Source of the DNA: Butyrivibrio sp.
Lineage (GTDB): Bacteria > Bacillota > Clostridia > Lachnospirales > Lachnospiraceae
Reading direction: 5' to 3'
Assembly: GCA_017535785.1 (NCBI GenBank)
Contig: JAFXTN010000011.1
Coordinates: forward strand, 198,932 to 262,931
DNA: 64,000 nucleotides
Both the position numbers and the translations under genes were made by a program. This document shows, piece by piece, positions 56,229 through 64,000 of this stretch (the first letter of the stretch is position 1; each line of letters starts with the position of its first letter). The notes beneath the pieces were generated by a model, which made no database searches, was not told where the DNA came from, and was given only the letters and a program-made list of their open reading frames with translations.

Positions 56229-57614
56229 TTATTTGTTCTGAAGGTACTCGTCAATTCCCTTAGCAGCTGCTTTACCTGCGCCCATAGCAAGGATAACGGT
56301 TGCTGCACCGGTAACTGCATCACCGCCTGCAAATACGCCGGGCTTAGATGTTGCTCCTGTCTCTTCCTGTGCAACGATACACTGTCTGCGGTTAACATCA
56401 AGACCTGCAGTTGTTGAAGAAATAAGAGGGTTAGGTGATGTACCAAGTGACATGATAACTGCATCGCACTCGATATCAAACTCAGAACCGGGAACCTCTA
56501 CAGGGCTTCTTCTTCCTGACTCATCGGGCTCACCAAGCTCCATTCTGATACATGTGATGCTCTTAACCCATCCGTTCTCATCAGCGTGGATCTCAACAGG
56601 ATTGCAAAGAAGGTCGAAGATGATACCCTCTTCCTTAGCGTGATGTACTTCTTCCTTACGTGCAGGAAGCTCTTCCTCACCACGTCTGTATACAACATGA
56701 ACCTCAGCACCAAGACGAAGAGCTGTTCTGGCAGCGTCCATAGCAACGTTACCACCACCAACTATAACGCACTTCTTAGCCTTCATGATAGGTGTTCTTG
56801 AATTCTCATCGAAAGCTTTCATGAGGTTACTTCTTGTGAGGTACTCGTTAGCTGAGAATACACCCATAGACTGCTCGCCGGGGATATTCATGAATCTGGG
56901 AAGACCTGCTCCCGATCCGATGAATACAGCCTCAAAGCCTTCCTTCTCCATAAGCTCATCTATTGTTACAGACTTACCGATAACAACGTCTGTCTCAAGC
57001 TTAACGCCGAGTGACTTAACGTTCTCGATCTCTTTCTTAACAACGGCATCCTTGGGAAGACGGAACTCAGGAATACCATAAACAAGTACACCGCCTGCCT
57101 CATGGAGAGCCTCAAAAATAGTTACGTCATAGCCCATCTTTGCAAGATCGCCTGCGCATGTAAGACCTGAAGGGCCTGATCCGATAACGGCAACCTTCTT
57201 GCCCTTCTTCTCCTTAGCACCTTCGGGCTTGATGCCCATCTCTCTAGCTGTATCAGCAACGTATCTCTCAAGCTTACCGATTGAAACGGCATCACCCTTG
57301 ATTCCTCTTACGCACTGGCCTTCACACTGGCTCTCCTGAGGACATACACGTCCGCAGACAGCGGGAAGAGCACTTGCTTTGCTGATCTCCTGATAAGCAC
57401 CCTCAACATTTCCTACCTTAACCTGCTCGATGAAAGCGGGAATATTGATTGATACAGGGCATCCCTGTACACACTTGGGGTTAGGGCAGTTGAGACATCT
57501 GAGTGCCTCCTTCTCTGCCTCTTCTTTATTGTATCCAAGACAAACTTCTTTAAAATTGGTAGCACGTTCCTTAGCGTCCTGCTCGCGGACGGGAACTTTT
57601 ACAAATCCATCCAT
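56229..57614 (-). CDS. nfnB: GltD-like NADPH-dependent oxidoreductase (NfnB/SudA-type large subunit)
   Basis: 461 aa. Two N-terminal Cys clusters (CLNCPNPKCVQGCP; CGRVCPQESQCEGQC) and two Rossmann motifs (VAVIGSGPSG; VIVGGGNVAMD). Confidence 0.75.
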   Translation of the reverse strand: MDGFVKVPVREQDAKERATNFKEVCLGYNKEEAEKEALRCLNCPNPKCVQGCPVSINIPAFIEQVKVGNVEGAYQEISKASALPAVCGRVCPQESQCEGQCVRGIKGDAVSIGKLERYVADTAREMGIKPEGAKEKKGKKVAVIGSGPSGLTCAGDLAKMGYDVTIFEALHEAGGVLVYGIPEFRLPKDAVVKKEIENVKSLGVKLETDVVIGKSVTIDELMEKEGFEAVFIGSGAGLPRFMNIPGEQSMGVFSANEYLTRSNLMKAFDENSRTPIMKAKKCVIVGGGNVAMDAARTALRLGAEVHVVYRRGEEELPARKEEVHHAKEEGIIFDLLCNPVEIHADENGWVKSITCIRMELGEPDESGRRSPVEVPGSEFDIECDAVIMSLGTSPNPLISSTTAGLDVNRRQCIVAQEETGATSKPGVFAGGDAVTGAATVILAMGAGKAAAKGIDEYLQNK

Positions 57615-57650
57615 TTATTCAATCTCCTATATAGTATAATTCAAAACCGG

Positions 57651-58532
57651 TTAGTTACAATTGCCGCATCCGCCATGATGTGTGTCACCTTCCTGAGCTT
57701 TGAGAAGAAGTCTTCCCTCCTCAGTCTTATAAAGCTTCATACGGTTCATAGCCTGATCGAAATCTACCTTATGTCCGTCGAACTCAGGTCCGTCAACACA
57801 CGCAAACTTAACCTGGCCGTCTACTGTAAGACGACAAGCGCCGCACATTCCGGTTCCGTCAACCATGATAGGGTTCATGCTGACAATAGTGGGAATTCCG
57901 AGTTCCTCTGTAAGCTTACAAACGAATTTCATCATGATCATAGGTCCGATCGCTACGCAGTGATCATACTTGTTACCCTCATCCCAAAGATCCTGAAGAG
58001 CCTTTGTAACCATTCCGTTTCTTCCGTATGAACCGTCATCTGTCGTGATATGAAGGTTACATACTTTCTTGAATCTGTCTTCTAGGATTACAAGGTCCTT
58101 AGTCTTTGCACCGATGATAACGTCACAATCAACGCCCTGCTCCTTGAGCCACTTAGCCTGAGGGTATACAGGTGCTGTACCTACGCCACCGGCGATAAAT
58201 ACGATCTTCTTTTTCTTGAGATCTTCAACGCTCTCTTCGCAAAGATCTGAAGGCTTTCCAAGAGGTCCTACAACATCGGCAAGGCTATCACCAGCTTTAA
58301 GTTTAGACAGCTTATAAGTTTCCGCACCGATAGCCTGTACTACTATCTCAACAGTTCCTTTCTCTCTGTCATAATCGCATATTGTAAGCGGGATTCTCTC
58401 TCCCTCTTCATCTACACGGATAATAAGAAATTGTCCGGGTAAACAAGCGTCTGCCACACGCGGAGCTTCAACGACCATCTGGAAAATGTTCGTAGTAAGC
58501 TCATTGGCTTCTAAAATCTTGAACATAGTCAT
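57651..58532 (-). CDS. nfnA: PyrK-like FAD/[2Fe-2S] subunit (NfnA/SudB type)
   Basis: 293 aa. Ferredoxin-reductase fold (RIPLTICD, GGVGTAP) and a C-terminal Cys cluster (GTGMCGACR...C). Confidence 0.75.
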   Translation of the reverse strand: MTMFKILEANELTTNIFQMVVEAPRVADACLPGQFLIIRVDEEGERIPLTICDYDREKGTVEIVVQAIGAETYKLSKLKAGDSLADVVGPLGKPSDLCEESVEDLKKKKIVFIAGGVGTAPVYPQAKWLKEQGVDCDVIIGAKTKDLVILEDRFKKVCNLHITTDDGSYGRNGMVTKALQDLWDEGNKYDHCVAIGPMIMMKFVCKLTEELGIPTIVSMNPIMVDGTGMCGACRLTVDGQVKFACVDGPEFDGHKVDFDQAMNRMKLYKTEEGRLLLKAQEGDTHHGGCGNCN

Positions 58533-58577
58533 CCTCCTACTGTTTGTAAAAAATAATATTTAAAGCATGTCTGCTTC

Positions 58578-60029
58578 TTATCGGTTTGAAATCGTTATCA
58601 GAACCGGTTTGCCGCTGTTGTCATATCCAAGTCTGTTTACCGATCCGTCATGAGTATTTACCGCGTAAAGACGTCCCGACGGTGTTCTCGTTCCGTCATT
58701 GCCTACACGTACCTCATCAATAACATAATATTCACCGGCCCCCTGTATCTCGATCTCTGATTTATAAATATATTCATTATGACCGGGAACACCGATTTCC
58801 TTTCCGGTGTCATCAAGAATATAGCCAAGTCGCACGAGTGTACTGACCACGCTGTTTACAGCCTGTTCCTTGGAAATAAGTCTTGCAAAAACAAGATGAT
58901 ATTCTCTTTCAACTATCTCACTGCATTCTCCCTCATTATTAAATGCAATGAATTTAAAATGGGATTCACCGACAGGCATAGCGATCGGCGAAATATACTG
59001 CTTAGAATCCATAGAAGGATCTGAACCGTCAGTAGTATAAAAAATCGAAGTTCCGGGCTCCGTAACGGCGACGATCATAGTATTCTGATTGTACTCTCCG
59101 CTAGCCTCCATGATGACCGGATCATCCGGAGCGCCCGATTCTATAGTATACGTATTCTCCACTACAGAACTGATAAAACCGTATCTGTTTACGGAAACAG
59201 CTTTGATCTTGTATTCTCCCTCTGCATCCAGTACGATCTCTTTTTCATAAGGGATCCCTGTGTCATCGGGGTCGGATCCGTTAACCGTATAGTAAACAAG
59301 AACGTTCTCATCCGTTGTCCCCTTGGAGATCGTAACCGTAATGCTATCCTCATATGTATCCCCTGCGGGATTCATTACAGGTATAGCCGGAATATACTTA
59401 TCCTTAAGCCCTGCTGCGATCTCATTGTCGTCGGAATTCAAAACCTCGACGATCTTACCGGATTGTCCGCTCTCCTTATATATAGAAATAATGCCTTCAT
59501 AGGCATTGATCATCTTCTCCTCGGAAAAGCGATCTGAACTTGTGATCTGACGCAGAGTCTCAACAGCTTTTTCGGTATCACCGGCTTCAAGATAATAATC
59601 AGAAAGCCTGAATATGATCTCGGTACTGTCGGGATGGTCTTTATTGCCCTCATCAAGATACTCTATAGCCTTATCAAGCTCTCCCCTGTTCCTTGAAGAC
59701 TCAGCAAGAGAGATATAATAAATTGCCGATCTGCTATGAAAAGCAATAATTAATGACACTACTATCACTATGATGATAATAGTAGCAGAAAATCCCAAAA
59801 TTGTCGTGCTTTTTTTCTTTAAAGCGTTAAAAAAATTCTTACGTTTCTGTACACGCAATGCTTTGAGCTTTTCTTCCTTATTCAGTTCATCCGCAACTCC
59901 CGATAATGTGGCATTGATCTCGTTTTCAACCTCCGGCTCGAAGTCCGGAACGAAATTGATCTCTTTGCCGCACTGGTCACAATACATGTGTCCTTCGGGA
60001 ATCTCTTTACCGCATACGGGACATATCAT
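58578..60029 (-). CDS. zinc-ribbon / TM / TPR protein with two FYTTDGSDP-type (chitobiase-C-like) modules
   Basis: MICPVCGKEIPEGHMYCDQCGKE, one TM, TPR-like repeats, then VYYTVNGSDPDD and IFYTTDGSDPSMD. ATG at 60029 (GAGG RBS). Confidence 0.6.
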   Translation of the reverse strand: MICPVCGKEIPEGHMYCDQCGKEINFVPDFEPEVENEINATLSGVADELNKEEKLKALRVQKRKNFFNALKKKSTTILGFSATIIIIVIVVSLIIAFHSRSAIYYISLAESSRNRGELDKAIEYLDEGNKDHPDSTEIIFRLSDYYLEAGDTEKAVETLRQITSSDRFSEEKMINAYEGIISIYKESGQSGKIVEVLNSDDNEIAAGLKDKYIPAIPVMNPAGDTYEDSITVTISKGTTDENVLVYYTVNGSDPDDTGIPYEKEIVLDAEGEYKIKAVSVNRYGFISSVVENTYTIESGAPDDPVIMEASGEYNQNTMIVAVTEPGTSIFYTTDGSDPSMDSKQYISPIAMPVGESHFKFIAFNNEGECSEIVEREYHLVFARLISKEQAVNSVVSTLVRLGYILDDTGKEIGVPGHNEYIYKSEIEIQGAGEYYVIDEVRVGNDGTRTPSGRLYAVNTHDGSVNRLGYDNSGKPVLITISNR

Positions 60030-60040
60030 AAGGACCAACC

Positions 60041-60904
60041 TCAAATAGAATTATGCATAAGTGCAGCTTCGTAACAGTTATTCATAAGCATTGCGATCGT
60101 CATGGGTCCTACACCACCCGGAACAGGCGTGATAGCACTCGCGATCTGAGATACCTCATCGTAAAGGACGTCTCCGCAGAGCTTTCCGTCTGCACCTCTG
60201 TTGATACCAACGTCGATCACAACAGCGCCTTCTTTAACATGATCGGCAGTGATCATGCCGGCTTTTCCGACAGCTGCGATCAATATGTCAGCTCTTTTGC
60301 AAACCTCTTTAAGGTCCTTGGTTCTTGAATGCGCTACTGTAACAGTCGCATTCTCTCTAAGCATCAAAAGAGCCATCGGCTTACCAACTATATTGGATCT
60401 TCCGACGATGACACACTCTTTTCCGGCGATATCAATCTTGCCGTCGCAACCTCTTTTAAGAAGCTGAATGACTCCTGCAGGTGTGCAGGAAACAAAGCCT
60501 TTCTCACCGATACAAAGGGCTCCTACATTCATAGGATGGAATCCGTCAACATCTTTATCGGGAGAGATCGCATCTATAACGGTCTTCTCATCGATATGCT
60601 TTGGAAGCGGCATTTGAACAAGGATACCGTCCACATCCTTTCTGCCGTTGAGCTCATCAATAAGCTTAAGAAGCTCTTCCTGAGTTGTCTCTGCGGGAAG
60701 TTCGTAGGATAAAGATCTGTATCCGATGTACTCACAGGCTTTCTTTTTGTTTCTTACATAAACCTGTGAAGCGGGATCCTCTCCCACAAGGATAACTGCA
60801 AGAGTTACCTCTATTCCTTTTTCTTTTAAAAGAGCTGTCTTTTCCTTAAGCTCATCCTTAATATTCTGTGATATAGCTTTTCCGTCAATAATCTGTGCGC
60901 TCAT
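60041..60904 (-). CDS. folD: bifunctional methylene-THF dehydrogenase / methenyl-THF cyclohydrolase
   Basis: 287 aa. MSAQIIDGKAISQNIKDELK..., YVRNKKKAC, GVGPMTIAML. Confidence 0.95.
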   Translation of the reverse strand: MSAQIIDGKAISQNIKDELKEKTALLKEKGIEVTLAVILVGEDPASQVYVRNKKKACEYIGYRSLSYELPAETTQEELLKLIDELNGRKDVDGILVQMPLPKHIDEKTVIDAISPDKDVDGFHPMNVGALCIGEKGFVSCTPAGVIQLLKRGCDGKIDIAGKECVIVGRSNIVGKPMALLMLRENATVTVAHSRTKDLKEVCKRADILIAAVGKAGMITADHVKEGAVVIDVGINRGADGKLCGDVLYDEVSQIASAITPVPGGVGPMTIAMLMNNCYEAALMHNSI

Positions 60905-60957
60905 CGTCTGCTCCTGTTTTCTGTAAATTATAGATTAGATACACGTATCGTTCTTTC

Positions 60958-62634
60958 TTAGAACAATCCTGTGATCTTGCCTGTCTCATCGACATCAATG
61001 TCGTAAGCGGCCGGATGTTTGGGAAGTCCGGGCATTGTCATGATAGCTCCCGTAAGAGCAACGACAAAGCCAGCTCCGGCTGAAACATATGCTTCCCTTA
61101 CAGTGATGTTGTAACCTGTAGGTCTTCCGAGCATGGAAGGATCATCAGAAAGTGAATACTGTGTTTTTGCCATACAAACAGGAAGATTTCCAAAGCCCAT
61201 TTCTTCGATCTTAGCAAGCTGCTTGGAAGCCGCAGGTGTATATGTAACGCCGTCGGCACCGTAGATCTCTGTTGAAACGGTATTTATCTTATCTTTGAGC
61301 GAAAGCTCGTCTTTGTAAATAGGAGCATAATTGGAAGGCTTGTTCTTAATGCTGTCTACAACCTTCATGGCAAGCTCCTCGCCGCCGGCTCCTCCCTTTT
61401 CCCAAACCTCTGAAAGAGCGAAGTTACATCCTCTCTCTTCGCAGAACTTCTTGACGAATTCTGTCTCAGCTTCGGTATCGGTGAGGAAAGAGTTAAGTGT
61501 CACAACTACAGGGACACCGTATTTCTGTATATTCTCAATGTGTTTTTCAAGGTTAACGATACCCTTCTTGAGAGCATCGAGGTTTTCTGTTCCAAGCTCA
61601 GCCTTGGGAACGCCGCCGTTATACTTAAGAGCTCTGATAGTTGCAACAAGTACTACGGCATCAGGCTTAAGGCCTGCGATCCTGCACTTGATATCAAGGA
61701 ACTTCTCAGCTCCGAGGTCTGCTCCGAAACCTGCCTCGGTAACGGTATAATCAGCAATCTTAAGTGCTGTCTTTGTAGCTCTTACGGAGTTACATCCGTG
61801 AGCGATATTTGCAAAAGGACCACCATGTACGATTACAGGTGTATGCTCTAGTGTCTGAACAAGATTGGGCTTGAGCGCATCCTTAAGAAGAGCCGCCATA
61901 GCGCCAACTGCCTGAAGATCACCCGCAGTAACGGGCTCTCCCGCAAAGTTATATGCAACGATGATCCTGGAAAGTCTGTCCTTAAGATCGTTAAGATCAC
62001 TTGCAAGACAGAGGATAGCCATGATCTCTGATGCAACAGTGATAACAAAATGATCTTCTCTCGGAACTCCGTCTGTCTTTGCTCCGAGTCCGACAACGAT
62101 ATTTCTGAGAGCTCTGTCGTTCATATCCTCGGCTCTCTTCCATATGATCTGTCTTGTGTCTATCTGCAGTTCATTGCCCTGCTGAATATGATTGTCCAAA
62201 ATTGCCGCAAGCAGGTTGTTTGCAGATGTTATGGCATGGAAATCACCTGTGAAATGAAGGTTAAGATCCTCCATCGGAACTACCTGAGCGTATCCGCCGC
62301 CGGCTGCTCCACCTTTGATTCCGAAGCAAGGTCCGAGCGAAGGCTCTCTGAGCGCGATGACTGTCTTGTAGCCCAATCTTCTGAGCGCATCTCCGAGTCC
62401 TACACTTGTTGTCGTCTTTCCTTCTCCCGCGGGAGTAGGATTGATGGCTGTTACAAGGATAAGTTTTCCTTCCTTGTTGCCCTGTACCTTTTTAAGATAC
62501 TCTTCGGTAAGCTTAGCCTTGTGCTTACCGTAGAATTCAAGATCGTCCTCTTCGATCCCGATTCCTTCCGCTACATCTCTTATGTGTAGCATCTTTGCTT
62601 CCTGTGCGATTTCAATGTCACTTTTAAAAGCCAT
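60958..62634 (-). CDS. fhs: formate--tetrahydrofolate ligase
   Basis: 558 aa. [11 protein letters not shown]..., [14 protein letters not shown]. Confidence 0.96.
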   Translation of the reverse strand: MAFKSDIEIAQEAKMLHIRDVAEGIGIEEDDLEFYGKHKAKLTEEYLKKVQGNKEGKLILVTAINPTPAGEGKTTTSVGLGDALRRLGYKTVIALREPSLGPCFGIKGGAAGGGYAQVVPMEDLNLHFTGDFHAITSANNLLAAILDNHIQQGNELQIDTRQIIWKRAEDMNDRALRNIVVGLGAKTDGVPREDHFVITVASEIMAILCLASDLNDLKDRLSRIIVAYNFAGEPVTAGDLQAVGAMAALLKDALKPNLVQTLEHTPVIVHGGPFANIAHGCNSVRATKTALKIADYTVTEAGFGADLGAEKFLDIKCRIAGLKPDAVVLVATIRALKYNGGVPKAELGTENLDALKKGIVNLEKHIENIQKYGVPVVVTLNSFLTDTEAETEFVKKFCEERGCNFALSEVWEKGGAGGEELAMKVVDSIKNKPSNYAPIYKDELSLKDKINTVSTEIYGADGVTYTPAASKQLAKIEEMGFGNLPVCMAKTQYSLSDDPSMLGRPTGYNITVREAYVSAGAGFVVALTGAIMTMPGLPKHPAAYDIDVDETGKITGLF

Positions 62635-64000
62635 TTATTCTCCTCCTAGAAACCTCTCAAACTCAGCTTTGGTCATTAGTACCTTTCTGGGTTTTGTACC
62701 TTCTTCGTCGCCGACCACCCCGGCTTCACATAATTGATCCATGATCCTGGCGGCTCTGTTAAAGCCTATCTTGAATACTCTCTGGAGCATTCCGATGGAT
62801 GCCTTTTCTTTTTCGATGATGATCTCACCGGCTTGAACAAAATACTCGTCTCTGTCGGAATCTCCACCTATGGAAGCACCGCTACTTCCACCCGACTGAC
62901 TCTGATATTTTTCAAGCTGTTCTTCGACACCCTCGCCATATCCGGATTGTATATCCTGATTTCTTATGAAATCTGTAACTGCCTGAACCTCTTTGTCGGA
63001 AACAAACGCTCCCTGGATCCTGGCAGGTTTGGTGTAGCCCTGAGGATAGAATAACATATCTCCTTTTCCGAGTAGCTTCTCAGCACCGTTTATATCAAGG
63101 ATCGTTCTCGAATCCACACCGCTTGATACCGCAAAAGCTACACGGCTCGGCATGTTAGCCTTGATAAGACCCGTGATGACATCAACCGAAGGTCTCTGAG
63201 TTGCGATGATAAGGTGAATACCTGCAGCTCTTGCAAGCTGTGTAAGTCTGCAGATCGCATCCTCGACCTCGTTGGCGGATACCATCATAAGATCCGCAAG
63301 CTCATCTACTATAACAACGATCTGAGGCATAACACTCACATCGGGATCATTGCTCTTCTCAGCAAGCTTGTTGTAGCCCTTAAGATCACGCACACCGGCA
63401 TCCGCAAACTTCTTATATCTGTTTGTCATCTCCGCAACAGCCCAGTTAAGTGCTGCAGCAGCTTTCTTGGGATCCGTCACAACAGGTATCATCAGATGGG
63501 GGATACCGTTGTAAACACTGAGCTCAACGATCTTAGGGTCGATCATGATCATCTGGACCTCTTCAGGCTTAGCCTTATAGATAAGGCTCATGATGATCGT
63601 ATTTATACATACCGATTTACCCGATCCCGTAGCACCCGCTATAAGAAGGTGCGGCATCTTGGCAATATCCGTAACAACAGTCTTACCTGCGATATCCTTA
63701 CCTACCGCAAAAGCAAGCTTTGATGAAAAGTCCTTAAACTCTCGTGATTCAAAGAGATCTCTGAGTGCAACCGCCTGATTCTCTCTGTTGGGAACTTCTA
63801 TTCCCACGGCAGCCTTACCGGGGATAGGAGCCTCTATCCTGATATCTCTTGCAGCAAGATTCATCTTGATATCATCAGCAAGTCCGACGATCTTGTTTAC
63901 TCTTACGCCGGCCTCTGGCTGAAGCTCAAACCTCGTAACAGAAGGTCCTTGGCTGATATCTGTAACAGTGACATTAACTCCGAAAGTCTTAAGTGTCTCC
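62635..64000 (-). CDS. ftsK: DNA translocase FtsK/SpoIIIE, C-terminal motor plus gamma domain; the 5' end runs off the window
   Basis: The frame stays open to position 64000. [12 protein letters not shown] Walker [12 protein letters not shown], and a C-terminal wHTH ([23 protein letters not shown]). The track ATG at 63864 is internal. Confidence 0.9.
   Translation of the reverse strand, partial: ETLKTFGVNVTVTDISQGPSVTRFELQPEAGVRVNKIVGLADDIKMNLAARDIRIEAPIPGKAAVGIEVPNRENQAVALRDLFESREFKDFSSKLAFAVGKDIAGKTVVTDIAKMPHLLIAGATGSGKSVCINTIIMSLIYKAKPEEVQMIMIDPKIVELSVYNGIPHLMIPVVTDPKKAAAALNWAVAEMTNRYKKFADAGVRDLKGYNKLAEKSNDPDVSVMPQIVVIVDELADLMMVSANEVEDAICRLTQLARAAGIHLIIATQRPSVDVITGLIKANMPSRVAFAVSSGVDSRTILDINGAEKLLGKGDMLFYPQGYTKPARIQGAFVSDKEVQAVTDFIRNQDIQSGYGEGVEEQLEKYQSQSGGSSGASIGGDSDRDEYFVQAGEIIIEKEKASIGMLQRVFKIGFNRAARIMDQLCEAGVVGDEEGTKPRKVLMTKAEFERFLGGE

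Noticed and set aside
60905-60957. ZTP or THF riboswitch upstream of folD or fhs
   Set aside because: The folD leader is ~50 nt. The fhs start abuts the ftsK stop (GGAGGAGAATAAATG at about 62625-62640), so there is no room for a riboswitch aptamer.
1-64000. Extreme coding-strand bias (about 50 of 55 genes on minus) as a special feature
   Set aside because: This is expected for a Firmicute replichore where the minus strand is the leading strand. It is noted but is not anomalous.

Overview
The window is a chromosomal, mostly core-genome segment of a moderately AT-rich Firmicute. Gene content and synteny look Clostridia/Lachnospiraceae-like: uxaA/uxaC, polA-coaE, rny-recX-recA, ytfI/ytfJ, ruvAB, nfnAB and fhs-folD. 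There are about 55 protein genes and one tRNA-Leu(CAA). Almost everything is on the minus strand; only uxaC, a LacI regulator, a NUDIX gene, the tRNA and one HD-GYP gene are on plus. I see no CRISPR array, IS, transposase, integrase, phage genes or recognisable defence system. The one region that does not look routine is 6.5-22.2 kb. It holds ten co-directional, translationally coupled genes that mix four kinds of part. These are a YtrA-type GntR repressor with an ABC-2-type ATPase and a 733-aa polytopic protein, two CUT1 (MalF/MalG-like) importer permeases, and an HlyD-type adaptor with a MacB-periplasmic-domain stub. The fourth part is three tandem paralogous giant lipoprotein binding proteins, each with an extra N-terminal domain of about 300-400 aa. 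Smaller oddities are also noted. PolA has a short, degenerate 5'-nuclease remnant. An FtsA-like ATPase carries C-terminal VNG...GD-IEV repeats. A membrane protein has a Q/N-rich repeat head encoded by a 12-nt periodic array. MscL ends in a zinc ribbon. There is an orphan zf-HC2 anti-sigma gene and two paralogous HD-GYP proteins. Terminator hairpins recur only 15-45 nt upstream of the next start codon. All functional calls come from reading the translations and recognising motifs. No database search was run.
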